This document shows, in pieces, positions 47,587 to 57,779 of a stretch of 64,000 nt of DNA; within the stretch, counting starts at the first letter, position 1, and each line of letters begins with the position of its first letter. The notes under the pieces were generated by a model, which was not told the DNA's origin, searched no databases, and worked only from the letters and a program-made list of their open reading frames with translations. Source of the stretch: an uncultured delta proteobacterium (GTDB taxonomy: Bacteria; Desulfobacterota; Binatia; HRBIN30; BPIQ01); assembly GCA_963761335.1 (NCBI GenBank), contig CAVXGR010000018.1:448001-512000 (forward strand). The letters are read 5' to 3'. Made by a program: the position numbers and the translations under genes.

Positions 47587-48432
47587 TCAGATCTCCGGAA
47601 CCCCACCGAGCACCGATGGGCGTCGCTGCCAGCGCCACAGGCTTTCGGCGCGCAGCAGCTCGTCCTGGCTCGAGCGGGTGATCGCCTGTACGAAGCGCGC
47701 CTGACGCGGTGGGTCGTCGTCGGTGTTGCCGAGATCGTCGAGCCAGCTGCGCACCAGCAGCGACTCGCCGGCGAAGGCGTCGTTGAAGTACTCGGCGTCC
47801 AGCCAGTGGAGCCGGAGGGCGCCTCCTTTGGCGAGCATGCGCTCCAGCGGCCAGCCGAGCGCCGCGAGCTGCTCGAAGGCGCCGTCCTCGAGGTAGTTGG
47901 CGTAGATGGCGTTGTTCACGTGCACCAGGTGGTCGAGATGGGAAGGATACACGGCCAGCGCCAGCTCCCGCGCCGCGCCGGCACCACTCTGCGGCAGCGG
48001 CTTGGCGCGGGGCAGGGCGGGGAGCTCGTCGCCCTCGGTCAGCGCCTGACGCAGCTCCTCGGGAATGCGGGTCGGCCGCCGCCGCTCGAGGTCCCAGTAG
48101 ACCCAGTCGGTGCTGCCGCGGGCCACCAGGACGTCGCCGCGCCGCACCAGATAACGCCGCAGCGAGCGGGCGCGGCGAAAGTCGGCGACCTGGGTCTCGA
48201 CGTTGACCACGTCGCCTCCACCGACCGGGATCAGACGCTCGAGGCGGGTGCGGCGGATGATCCACGTCTGCCCGTCGCGTGTGTATCGCGTCGCATCGAA
48301 GCCGCACTCCGTCGACGCCTCGATCGCCGCTTGCTCGAGGAGCCCGAGCAGGGCAGAGACCTTGAGCTCGCCGAGGAAGTCCACGTCCGCGTGCGAGAGG
48401 CGGCGCTCGAGAAGGTGTCGTCGCATGATCAA
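47587..48432 (-). CDS. Acyl-ACP thioesterase (double hot-dog fold)
   Basis: ADVDFLG in the first domain; HLDHLVHVNNAIY in the second. Confidence 0.8.
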   Translation of the reverse strand: MIMRRHLLERRLSHADVDFLGELKVSALLGLLEQAAIEASTECGFDATRYTRDGQTWIIRRTRLERLIPVGGGDVVNVETQVADFRRARSLRRYLVRRGDVLVARGSTDWVYWDLERRRPTRIPEELRQALTEGDELPALPRAKPLPQSGAGAARELALAVYPSHLDHLVHVNNAIYANYLEDGAFEQLAALGWPLERMLAKGGALRLHWLDAEYFNDAFAGESLLVRSWLDDLGNTDDDPPRQARFVQAITRSSQDELLRAESLWRWQRRPSVLGGVPEI

Positions 48433-48538
48433 GAAGCCTGCCGCCGCGGTGTCGGGCGGGGTTTTCAGCTGCTAGCATGACCGGAGTATCGGCTCCAGAG
48501 CGGTCCGTCCGCGGCCGCCGCAGTTGCCGGAGAGGGGC

Positions 48539-49816
48539 ATGAGCTTTTTCGACGTCGTCGCCATTCTGATCACGCTCGCCGCGGCGTTCAGCTATCTGAA
48601 CTACCGCGTCATTGGCCTGCCGACGACGATCGGCATCATGCTCATCGCCCTGGTCATGTCGCTGGCGCTGATCGGGCTGCATCAGCTCGGCGTCGGGCTG
48701 GATACGGCGGCGGCCGAGCTGCTCGGCTCCGTCGACTTCAACAAGGCCGTGCTCGGCGGTATGCTGGCCTTCCTGCTGTTCGCCGGTGCCCTGCACGTCA
48801 ATCTGAGCGACCTGTGGGACGAGAAGACGGTCGTCGCTCTGCTCTCGACCGCCAGCGTCGTGCTCTCGACCCTGATCATCGCGGCGCTCACCTGGATGGT
48901 GCTTGCCCTGATCGGACTGCGCGTACCGCTGGTCTACTGTGCCCTCTTCGGAGCGCTCATCTCGCCGACCGACCCGATTGCCGTCCTCGGCATTCTCAAG
49001 TCCGCGGGTGTTCCTCGGGACCTGGAGATGCGCATCACCGGCGAGTCGCTGTTCAACGACGGCATCGGCGTCGTCGTCTTCATCGTCGTTCTCGAGATGT
49101 CGACCGGCGCGCGACCGCTCTCGCTGGGCAGCGTGGTGCTGCTGTTCGGCCGCGAAGCCGCCGGGGGCGCGGCCCTGGGGCTGGTGAGCGGGGTGCTCGC
49201 CTACCTGATGCTGAAGAGCGTCGACAACTACCAGGTGGAGGTGCTGATCACCCTCGCCCTGGTCATGGGCACCTATGCGGCCGCGGGAGGACTGCACCTC
49301 TCGGGACCGATCGCCATGGTCATCGCCGGCCTGTTGATCGGCAACCGCGGTCGCCAGTTCGCCATGTCGGAGACCACGCGCCAGCACCTGGACACCTTCT
49401 GGGAGCTCGTCGACGAGATTCTCAACGCCGTTCTCTTCGTCCTCATCGGCTTAGAGGTGCTCGTCCTGCCCTTCACGCCGCAGTACCTGATCGCCGGCGC
49501 TGCCGCGATTCCGATCGTGCTGCTGGCGCGCTACGTCAGCGTCAGCATCCCCGTACGGCTGCTCAGCTTGGGGCGCCATTTCGGACCGAAGACGGTCCGC
49601 ATTCTCACCTGGGCGGGCCTCCGCGGCGGCATCTCGGTGGCTCTGGCACTGTCGCTGCCGCGCGGCCCGCACCGGGAGGTGTTGGTGGCCATCACCTACT
49701 CCGTCGTCCTCTTCTCGATCGTGGTGCAAGGACTGTCGATCGGCTGGGTGATCCGCCGCAGCGGTCTCAGCGTACCCCCACCACCGCCGCTCGCGCCGCC
49801 GCCCGTCTCCAGCTGA
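48539..49816 (+). CDS. nhaP: Na+/H+ antiporter, CPA1 family
   Basis: LISPTDPIAV, GESLFNDG and GLRGGIS motifs. Confidence 0.9.
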   Translation: MSFFDVVAILITLAAAFSYLNYRVIGLPTTIGIMLIALVMSLALIGLHQLGVGLDTAAAELLGSVDFNKAVLGGMLAFLLFAGALHVNLSDLWDEKTVVALLSTASVVLSTLIIAALTWMVLALIGLRVPLVYCALFGALISPTDPIAVLGILKSAGVPRDLEMRITGESLFNDGIGVVVFIVVLEMSTGARPLSLGSVVLLFGREAAGGAALGLVSGVLAYLMLKSVDNYQVEVLITLALVMGTYAAAGGLHLSGPIAMVIAGLLIGNRGRQFAMSETTRQHLDTFWELVDEILNAVLFVLIGLEVLVLPFTPQYLIAGAAAIPIVLLARYVSVSIPVRLLSLGRHFGPKTVRILTWAGLRGGISVALALSLPRGPHREVLVAITYSVVLFSIVVQGLSIGWVIRRSGLSVPPPPPLAPPPVSS

Positions 49817-49824
49817 GCATCCCC

Positions 49825-51951
49825 TCATTTCCCTGGGCCGCGCACCGTGAAGCGCACGCGGGCGGCGATCTGCTTCCCGGCGTCGGCGAGCGCCAGCGCG
49901 TGGTGCCCGGCACGGGGAGACCACAGGCGCAGCTGAGCGGCGGAGCCGATGTCCTCGCCGTCGAGCTGCCACCTCCAGGAGGAGTCGACGCCACTGGCAT
50001 CGAAGGCGAGACGCTGGCGCTCCTCCGGGATGTCGGGGTCGATGGCGATCACCGCGCCGTCTGTCGGCGCCCGAATGCGCGGCCGCGCCGGAGCCAGGCG
50101 CTGCTCGGCTGCGCGCGGCTCGGTGCCGCGGATGAACCATTCGCGCCGGGGTGTTTCGGCTCCACCGGAGATCCGAACGTTCTGGGCGCTTGCCTCCGGC
50201 GGCGGCAGCGGCGGCGCGCTGGGCGTATCGCGGTGCAGCCAGGTCATGATGTCGAGCCAGACGGGGGCGGCGCCGGTGATACCGCTGACGTCGCGCATCG
50301 GCGCGCCGGAGAAGTTGCCGACCCAGACGGCCACCGTGTAGCGGCGCGAGTAGCCGACGCACCAGTTGTCGCGCATGTCCTTGCTGGTACCGGTCTTCAC
50401 CGCCGCCCAGAAACGGGTCGCCAGGGAATTCTCCAGTCCGAAGGTGACCATGCGGCTCTCGCGATCGGAGAGAATGTCGGAGATGATGAACGCCGTGGCC
50501 GGGGAGTAGACGCGCCGCTCCACTTCCGCGGTGGCACCGCCGGCTCGCAGGTGCAAGGGCGTCCACAGGCCGCCGTTGGCGAGAGCGCGATAGGCGCCGG
50601 CCATCTCCCAGAGGCTGACCTCGGCGGCGCCCAGGGCGAGAGCCGGGCCGTAGTAGTCGGCGGGGCGCGAGACGCCGGCAAAGCCGAGGCGGCGCAGCTG
50701 GCGGACGAAGGCGCCGCCGCCGACCAGGGACAGCGTCCGCACTGCCGGGATGTTCAGTGATCCAGCGAGCGCCGTGCGCGCGCTGACCAGGCCGTGGAAC
50801 TGCTCATCGTAGTTCTGCGGCTCGTAGATGCCGGCCCCGGCGTCCATGGCCAACGGTGCGTCCTCCAACAGCGATGCCGCCGTGAGCAGCCGCTTCTCCA
50901 GGGCGAGGCCGTAGAGAAAGGGCTTCAGCGCCGAGCCTGGCTGGCGGTGCGCCCGCACTCCGTCGACGTAGGGGGCGCTCGACAGCGCACCGCTGCCGCC
51001 GACGTAAGCGAGCACCTCCCCCGAGGCGTTGTCGGCCACCAGCACGGCGCCGTCCTGAACCGATCGATCGCGCACGGCCAACAGATGGCGATGTAAGGCG
51101 CCGCGCGCGTAGCGCTGCAGAGGCGCGTCGAGGGTCGAGGCGACGCTCTCTCGCGTCCCCGCCGAGAGCAGGCGCCGCGCCACGTGTGGCGCCAGGGACG
51201 GACGCGGCCCGGCGCCGCGCGCAACCGCGAAGGCGCGGGCCACCGCTGTGTCAATCTCTCCCTCCGCGGCGCTTCCGGCGCCGGCGCGAGAAAGCGCCGC
51301 GGCGCGCTGACGGACCGCGATGGATTCGGCGTTCGGCGCCTTCAACAGGGCGGCGAGCACCAGCGCCTCGGCGTTCGTGACACCGTCGGGAACCTTGTCG
51401 AAGAGCACGCCGGCGGCGGTGCCCACTCCCTGGAGCTCGCCGCGGAAGGAGACCAGGTTCAGGTAGGCCTCGAGAATCTGGTCCTTGCTCCACCGCCGTT
51501 CCAGCTGCCAGGCGGCGCGCATCTGCTGCCACTTCTGGCCCAGCGATCGGCCGCCGCGAGTCGGCTGCAGACGGGGATCGAGCAGTGCCGCGAGCTGCAT
51601 GGTGATGGTGCTGGCGCCGCGCAGCCGAGCGCCGGTGATCCATCCGGCAAAGGCACCGGCCATGGCGATCACGTCGACGCCGCTGTGCCGCCGGAAGCGC
51701 CGGTCCTCGGCGGTGATGATCGCCTCCACGATAGCGGGCGATACCGCCCGGAGCGGCGTCCATTGAAGGCGGCGGCGATGCGCATCGACGCGCAGCTCGT
51801 CGATGACCTCTCCATGGCGATCGAGCAGGCGCACGTCGGAGGGCCGATAGGCGGCGCGCACCTCGGCAAAGCTCGGCAGGGCCGATGCCGCGCCGACCTG
51901 TGGCGCTGCCAGGGCGATGGCGGTGAGGACGGCTGCCGCGATAAGCCTCAG
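49825..51951 (-). CDS. pbpC: Penicillin-binding protein 1C
   Basis: EDRRF and GASTITMQ (glycosyltransferase); SALK, SLN and KTGT (transpeptidase); adjacent to A2M. Start inferred at CTG 51951. Confidence 0.88.
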   Translation of the reverse strand: MRLIAAAVLTAIALAAPQVGAASALPSFAEVRAAYRPSDVRLLDRHGEVIDELRVDAHRRRLQWTPLRAVSPAIVEAIITAEDRRFRRHSGVDVIAMAGAFAGWITGARLRGASTITMQLAALLDPRLQPTRGGRSLGQKWQQMRAAWQLERRWSKDQILEAYLNLVSFRGELQGVGTAAGVLFDKVPDGVTNAEALVLAALLKAPNAESIAVRQRAAALSRAGAGSAAEGEIDTAVARAFAVARGAGPRPSLAPHVARRLLSAGTRESVASTLDAPLQRYARGALHRHLLAVRDRSVQDGAVLVADNASGEVLAYVGGSGALSSAPYVDGVRAHRQPGSALKPFLYGLALEKRLLTAASLLEDAPLAMDAGAGIYEPQNYDEQFHGLVSARTALAGSLNIPAVRTLSLVGGGAFVRQLRRLGFAGVSRPADYYGPALALGAAEVSLWEMAGAYRALANGGLWTPLHLRAGGATAEVERRVYSPATAFIISDILSDRESRMVTFGLENSLATRFWAAVKTGTSKDMRDNWCVGYSRRYTVAVWVGNFSGAPMRDVSGITGAAPVWLDIMTWLHRDTPSAPPLPPPEASAQNVRISGGAETPRREWFIRGTEPRAAEQRLAPARPRIRAPTDGAVIAIDPDIPEERQRLAFDASGVDSSWRWQLDGEDIGSAAQLRLWSPRAGHHALALADAGKQIAARVRFTVRGPGK

Positions 51952-54900
51952 CGCTTCACCTCCATCGGCTCGTTGGGGCGCTCGCCGAACATCTCCGGCG
52001 CGTACAGCGCCTCCACCCGCGTGGGCGGCAGCTGAAAGCGACCGCTCTGGTTCAGGCGAATGGTGTACTCGACGGTGAAGCGGCCCTGCGGAACGAAGTC
52101 GTAGTACGCCCGGTACGCGGCCGCGGCGCGCTCGGCGAACGCCGGAATCGCCCCCTGCTGCTGCTCGCCTTCGGCGGCGATGCGCGAGTCGCGCGCCAGT
52201 CCGCCGCCGACGTGCGCGGCGCCCGCGGGGATCGGGTCGTCGACCACCACCCAGGTCATCTCGCTCTGGGCGTCGATCTCCAGATGCACGCGCAGGACAT
52301 CGCCTCGGGTGAGCTGCCCGGGGGTTGCCGATTCGATCGGGGTGATGGTTTTGGAGATGCGATAGCCGCTGGCGAGCGCCTCGCGCAGGGGAACGGCGGC
52401 CCGCGTCGAGATCGTCACCCACGGGGTGCCGCCGCCGTCGTGGTCGACGCGCAGGGTGGCCGGTGCCTCCGGCCAGGCAAACGACAGGGTGCGGCTCTCG
52501 CCTGGCTCCGCCCAGTCGACGCGCTTCTCCTGGCCGGCAAGCGAGGCGGCGGTGGTGCCGCTCACCGGCGCCTTCTCGAAGGCTTCCGAGAAGGCGCGCA
52601 TCGCCAGCACACCCCAGGCATTCGACACGGTGCAGTCCCAGTGACCGTGGCGCTGGCGCAGCAGAGCGCCGCGCGCCAGGCGGGGCAGGTCATCCCGCCA
52701 CCGGTTCTGCCGCGCCAAGTGCAGTACCAGGCGCAGTGGATTGGTATCCGGGCAGACCATCAGCCACCACAGATTGTCGCCTGCGCCCGAGGTGGAGAAG
52801 GCCATGGTGGTCCCTTGCAGGTTCAAGCGCGCCCGCAGGATCCGCTCGGCCTGCTGCATGCGTGCGGCGCGCTGCGGCGCCGATTTGAGGCGCTCGAGGA
52901 TGCTCCACCAGTCGAGAATCGCCGAGGTCGGCCACAGATCCGGCTCGACCGCCAGCGTCTGCAGCATCGCCGGCTCCGCCTTGCCGGCGCGCGCCAGGGC
53001 CTCGATGGCGCTGAGCTTGCGGATCGACAGGTCGGCGGCGGCGATGTCGCCGCCGCGCCGGATGGAACCTTGGACGAACTTGCGCAGACCGCTCTCCATG
53101 GCGGTGGCCGTGTCGGCGGGGAGGTCGAGGCCCGCGGCATTCGCTATCGCCAGCACGTAGGCGGTGAGCACCTCGCTGCCGTGCGGCATCGCCGGGAAGT
53201 ACTTGAGCAGTCCGTCGGCGTCGAGATACGCCGGCAACGAAGCCGTGATGGAGGTCCACATCTCGGCATCGCCCAGGGCGACGGCGCGCGAGACGCGTTG
53301 CTCGAGGCAGGTGTACGCGTAGTGCCGCATCCAGCCGCGGACCCCCTGGAGACCGCCGAGCAGGGTCGGCGCCAGGTCGACGTCGACGCCGCCGCGGCCG
53401 GGGAGGGCGTTGGCCGGCGCGTTCACCTGCTGCTCCAACGGCTTTTCCCAACGCCGCAGGGTCGCCTGCAGCGTCTGCACGGGCACCGCCGGCTCGACCG
53501 GCTGCGTCACCTGCAGGTGATCCTCGGCTCCGCCCGATTCGGAGGCTTCGAGGTGGTAGGTCAAGGAATCGGCGCCCGCGGGCGCGGTCAGCTCCCAGCC
53601 GACGATACGCGACTCCCCCGGCCGCAGCGACAGGCTCTGCAGGGGCATGGCATCCGGGAGCTCGGCGAGCTGGCCGGTGACGTGCACCTGCATCGGCCGC
53701 CCGCTGCCGTTGCGCACCGTGAACTCGGCGCGAAAGTCGTCTCCCTGGCGCACGAAGGGAGAGATGCCCGGCAGCAGCATGAGATCCTGAGTCGAGCGGA
53801 TGGTCGTCGAGCCGGTGCCGAAGCGCTCCAGACCGCCGGTGGCGACGGCGACCAGGCGAAAGGCGGTGAGGGAGTCGTTCAGCGGCACCTCGAGCTGCGC
53901 CTCGCCGCTGGCGTCGAGCGGCACGCGCGCCCGCCACAGCAGCAGAGTGTCGAACAGCTCGCGTGTCGGCTGGCGTCCACCACCGCCGCCCTGCGGCAGT
54001 GCCTTGAGCCCGTAGTGGCGCTTGCCGACCACCTGCATCTGCGCGGTCGCCGTGCGCACCCCATAGCCGCGCTGGCCCATCATCGCCGCAAGGAGGTTCC
54101 AGCTGGCGTTCGGCAGGAGCTCGAGGAGCCCCTCGTCCACGGCCGCGAAAGTGATCTCGCTGCCCGCGGGCGGCGGCGCGCCGTCAGGCGTGCGCACCGT
54201 GACGCTCACCGGCACCTTGTCGCGGACGCGATAGGACTCGCGTTCGGTGCGGACCGCGACCTGGAGCTCATGGATGTCCCAGCCGACGCGGATCTCGGCG
54301 ACGCCGAGCTTGAACGCCGGCTTGCCGAGGTCGACGAGCGTCGTCGGCTGCCCCTCGCCGACGCGGCCGCGAACCACGAGCACGGAGATGAACACGTTCG
54401 GTGACCATTCGGGCCGCACGGGGACGTCGAGCACCGGGTCTTTACCGGACAGCCGTCTGACGTCGCTCTCGAGGACTCCGCCCCGCTCGATGCTCACCAG
54501 CGCCGTCGCCTGCCGGAAGGGCATTCGCACCTGCAGGTGGGCGACCTCTCCCGGCTGATAGCGCACCTTGTCGGGCAGGACGTCGATGCGGTCACTGCTG
54601 CCTTCCTCGAACCACTGCTCTTCGCCTGAGACCCAGACGTCCTCGTGGGTGGCGGAATGGTTCCCGGCGCCGTCGACGACGACCGCCTGCAGTACCAGAT
54701 TCCCGCGCTTGGGAGCGGTGCCCTCGCAGACGAGCACGCCGTTGGCGCGCGTTTGCCCGCGGCACCAGACCCCGAGGGGCGTGCTGGTCTCCTCGACGTT
54801 CTCGTACGCGTAGAACCCGCCGATCAGTCGGGTGCGGTGCGAGTAGGTCTTGCGTTCGAAGACCTGCACCTCGACGGCGGCGCCGATGACCGGATTCCCG

Positions 54901-57650
54901 CCCGTGTCGAGCACGGCGACGCGTGCGGTGAGGTTGTCGGCGTCGTGCACCCAGCGGTCCGGATCGATGCCGACGATCCAGCGGGCCGGCCACAGCGGTA
55001 CGGTAGCCGCGACCGTCTGCCGCTCGCCGTTGGCGTCGCGGAACTCCATCTCCGCCAGCAGCACGCGGAGCCTCGGTGCTTGCGGTAGATCGCTGATCGC
55101 CGCGCGCGCCGCACCCGCCTCGTCGAGGGTGATCTGCTGGCGCTGGTGGACGCCGATCGGTGTCGGCTTGCTCTCCTCTCCGGGCTCGGCGAAGGCGGCT
55201 CCGCGCCGCACCACTCCGGGAGTCACCTCGCCGTTGGCGAAGGTGTATCTCTCGAAGCCGAGCGGCGGCGAAAAGCTCTTGTCGCGGATCTGGCTGCGCA
55301 GGACGACCTCCAGACCACCGGCGCCGCCGCCGGCCAGGTAGCGCACGCTCAGGTCGGCGGGGACCGCGGTGACGGCGACCTGAGGCTCGGCCGGCAGCCG
55401 CACGGCGGCCTTCATCAGCGGCACGCGGTACTCCTCGACGCGAAAGCTCCCGGAGTCGTGCTGCAATGAGCCGTGCTCGCCGCGTTGCTCGATGAGCTCG
55501 ACTCGGTATTGCCCCAGCTTCGCCGCCTTGGGAATCGGCCACTCGTTCACTGCCGTCCCGGCGGCATCCCATTCGAGCGGCAGGTCGTACTTGTCTCCGC
55601 TTCCCTCGTGGCGAATGCGCAGCGAGGTCGGCCACTGCGAGCGCGGCGGCAGGTCGAAGCCGCTCAGCGTCTGCGCCCGCAGAATGTGTTTCATGTGCAC
55701 CGTTTCGCCGGCGCGGAAGAGCGGTCGGTCGAAGATCGTGTGCGCCACCGTCGGGCCGCGATAGTCGTCCTCGGGCAGCTGAAAGCGCCACGGCTCGATG
55801 CCGCGGGTCCAGCTCGAATGCACGAATCCCAGATCGCCGCCGCTCTCGGCGGTCACCAGCAGCCCGCCCGACAGCGAGCTCAACGCCGGAGTCTGAGCGA
55901 AATCGCGGTAGTCGATCTCGTCGGCCTTGGAGTAGAGAGAGCTGTCGTCGCATCGCTGCAGCTTCGCCTCCGCCGGTAAGTCGGCGACGCGGGCAATTCC
56001 CTGCGCGTCCGTGTGGCCGCTCCACAGAACTGTACCGCGGCAGTCGCGGATCTCGACCGCGGCATCGGCGACGGGGGCGCCACCGTCGAGGGTGGTCACC
56101 CAGACGACCGAGCTTTCGCGCCCCCATTCGAGGTGGACCGACAGATTGGTGACCAGGGCCGCAGTTGGAACGTACAGGGACTGGCTGCGGTCGAGGAGCG
56201 CCGCCCCCAGGTTCGGGCTCTGCAGCTCGACGACATACAGCCCGGGCGCTTGGAAGGGGATGCCGACCACTTCGAAGGCGGCGGCGCCGCTCGGCTTGGG
56301 CAGCACGAACGAGCGGACGGTAGCCTCCGGTCGCGGGCCGAATACCGAAGCGACGCGGCGGGCCGCCGCGACGCGGCGGAGCCAGCGCCAGATCTGTCCA
56401 TCGGGAACGCGCAAGATGCGGCCGCGCAGCCCCGTTGAGGCGCCCGCGGGGGCCGGCGATGGGTGCGGCAGCGGTCGGCCGACGTCGCGCAGTGTCACCG
56501 GCAGCACTGGATCCGCCTTCCATTCGACGATGCCGAAGCGGGAGGAGAACTTGGCCAGCGGCGGCACCGCCGCCGTCTCCACCTGGAGAGGGAAGTCGGC
56601 GGTGTTGGCGAGGGTGCGGCCCGACAGATCCTCGAGAGCCGCCGCCAGCTGTACGTGCAGGGTGGATCTCTCCGGAAATGGCGGGGCAAACTCGACCGCG
56701 TAGACGCTCTCCTCGGGGCTCTCGGGCGGTGCCGGTGCCCACTCTTTGCCGCTGGCTGCCGTCAGCCGCATCGCCTTTGCCTGCGCCCACGACACCGGGG
56801 CGGAGAAGCGCACCCGCACAGGAGTCAGCGGAATGCATCCGGCGCGGGAGGTTTCCCGCTGGCACTCGATGGCGGCGGTGAACGGCGCTCGTGTCTTGAA
56901 TTCCAGAACCTGCGGCTGCTCGGTCGCGACGCCGCTTGCGGCGGCGATTCCCCTGTCCCAAACGAGGCGGACGTGCGCATCGCTGGGAAAGCGCTGCTTG
57001 CTCTGCAGCACCAGCACCGTCTCCTTGTTCCAGTCCGGCGGCAGGGTCGAGAGGATCTGCTCCCGCGCCGTACCCGAGACAATCGAGACCCCGACGCTCT
57101 CGGCGATCCCGTCGATCGCGAAGGCGGCGTGATCGAGCAGCGATGATTCCGTCGGCAGGGCATTCGTCTGCACAACGAACGCCTGCTCCTCGTCGATTCC
57201 TTCATCGCCGGCGGAGGGAATGGAGGCGATGATGGCCGGGCCACCCGTGGAGAAGGTGAAGCTCTTCTCGGCGGTGACCGGGGCGCCGGAGAGGGCGCGA
57301 AGATTGTCGCGCAGCGTGAAGAGGCAGCGCACGCCGCCGGGGACATCGCGCTCGAAGTCGTATGCCCAGGTGCGGCTGTCGACCCAGCGGCCCGCCCCCG
57401 TTTCGGAGCAGTCGATGACGAACGGTGCCGCGCCGGCGTGGGGATCGCCGAGCGGCACCATCGGCGCCGAGAACCGCGCCGTGACCTGCCGAACGACGCG
57501 CGCCGTTCCCTGCGGCGAGAAGAGCTCGACGGTCACTGCTTCGCTGGCACCCGGGCGCCCGCCGCCGGCCGCGACCAGAGCCAAGGCCAGCAGCACGCCG
57601 CCGAGCCGCGGCGCGACTCGCTTGCCCTTTCTCGGAACCTTGCAGCTCAC
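51948..57650 (-). CDS. Bacterial alpha-2-macroglobulin
   Basis: 1900 aa; signal/TM segment, DRPLFRAGETV (MG2), LNDSLTAFR, thioester CLEQ and C-terminal VEALYAPE. Confidence 0.93.
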   Translation of the reverse strand: MSCKVPRKGKRVAPRLGGVLLALALVAAGGGRPGASEAVTVELFSPQGTARVVRQVTARFSAPMVPLGDPHAGAAPFVIDCSETGAGRWVDSRTWAYDFERDVPGGVRCLFTLRDNLRALSGAPVTAEKSFTFSTGGPAIIASIPSAGDEGIDEEQAFVVQTNALPTESSLLDHAAFAIDGIAESVGVSIVSGTAREQILSTLPPDWNKETVLVLQSKQRFPSDAHVRLVWDRGIAAASGVATEQPQVLEFKTRAPFTAAIECQRETSRAGCIPLTPVRVRFSAPVSWAQAKAMRLTAASGKEWAPAPPESPEESVYAVEFAPPFPERSTLHVQLAAALEDLSGRTLANTADFPLQVETAAVPPLAKFSSRFGIVEWKADPVLPVTLRDVGRPLPHPSPAPAGASTGLRGRILRVPDGQIWRWLRRVAAARRVASVFGPRPEATVRSFVLPKPSGAAAFEVVGIPFQAPGLYVVELQSPNLGAALLDRSQSLYVPTAALVTNLSVHLEWGRESSVVWVTTLDGGAPVADAAVEIRDCRGTVLWSGHTDAQGIARVADLPAEAKLQRCDDSSLYSKADEIDYRDFAQTPALSSLSGGLLVTAESGGDLGFVHSSWTRGIEPWRFQLPEDDYRGPTVAHTIFDRPLFRAGETVHMKHILRAQTLSGFDLPPRSQWPTSLRIRHEGSGDKYDLPLEWDAAGTAVNEWPIPKAAKLGQYRVELIEQRGEHGSLQHDSGSFRVEEYRVPLMKAAVRLPAEPQVAVTAVPADLSVRYLAGGGAGGLEVVLRSQIRDKSFSPPLGFERYTFANGEVTPGVVRRGAAFAEPGEESKPTPIGVHQRQQITLDEAGAARAAISDLPQAPRLRVLLAEMEFRDANGERQTVAATVPLWPARWIVGIDPDRWVHDADNLTARVAVLDTGGNPVIGAAVEVQVFERKTYSHRTRLIGGFYAYENVEETSTPLGVWCRGQTRANGVLVCEGTAPKRGNLVLQAVVVDGAGNHSATHEDVWVSGEEQWFEEGSSDRIDVLPDKVRYQPGEVAHLQVRMPFRQATALVSIERGGVLESDVRRLSGKDPVLDVPVRPEWSPNVFISVLVVRGRVGEGQPTTLVDLGKPAFKLGVAEIRVGWDIHELQVAVRTERESYRVRDKVPVSVTVRTPDGAPPPAGSEITFAAVDEGLLELLPNASWNLLAAMMGQRGYGVRTATAQMQVVGKRHYGLKALPQGGGGGRQPTRELFDTLLLWRARVPLDASGEAQLEVPLNDSLTAFRLVAVATGGLERFGTGSTTIRSTQDLMLLPGISPFVRQGDDFRAEFTVRNGSGRPMQVHVTGQLAELPDAMPLQSLSLRPGESRIVGWELTAPAGADSLTYHLEASESGGAEDHLQVTQPVEPAVPVQTLQATLRRWEKPLEQQVNAPANALPGRGGVDVDLAPTLLGGLQGVRGWMRHYAYTCLEQRVSRAVALGDAEMWTSITASLPAYLDADGLLKYFPAMPHGSEVLTAYVLAIANAAGLDLPADTATAMESGLRKFVQGSIRRGGDIAAADLSIRKLSAIEALARAGKAEPAMLQTLAVEPDLWPTSAILDWWSILERLKSAPQRAARMQQAERILRARLNLQGTTMAFSTSGAGDNLWWLMVCPDTNPLRLVLHLARQNRWRDDLPRLARGALLRQRHGHWDCTVSNAWGVLAMRAFSEAFEKAPVSGTTAASLAGQEKRVDWAEPGESRTLSFAWPEAPATLRVDHDGGGTPWVTISTRAAVPLREALASGYRISKTITPIESATPGQLTRGDVLRVHLEIDAQSEMTWVVVDDPIPAGAAHVGGGLARDSRIAAEGEQQQGAIPAFAERAAAAYRAYYDFVPQGRFTVEYTIRLNQSGRFQLPPTRVEALYAPEMFGERPNEPMEVKR

Positions 57651-57779
57651 GCCGGTCTCATCTCACCGGCGCCGGCGGAGTACAAGCTGGGATCGCGGCC
57701 GTCCCGGCCGCTTGCACGGCTTGACGCAGCGACGTCCCCGATGTTAGCCGACCGCCAGGTGGCCAACCGCGCGTACGAG

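Noticed and set aside
39493..48538. Biosynthetic cluster as a defined mobile element
   Set aside because: No integrase, transposase, tRNA or flanking direct repeats were seen.
47327..49387. Long overlapping Arg/Ala/Pro-rich ORFs here and throughout (e.g. 8629-10479, 16656-18614, 52212-54404, 54592-56961)
   Set aside because: Typical off-frame or antisense ORFs of high-GC DNA overlapping well-supported genes; no recognisable motifs.
49825..57650. A2M plus PBP1C as a novel defence system
   Set aside because: A well-known conserved pair (yfhM-pbpC type).
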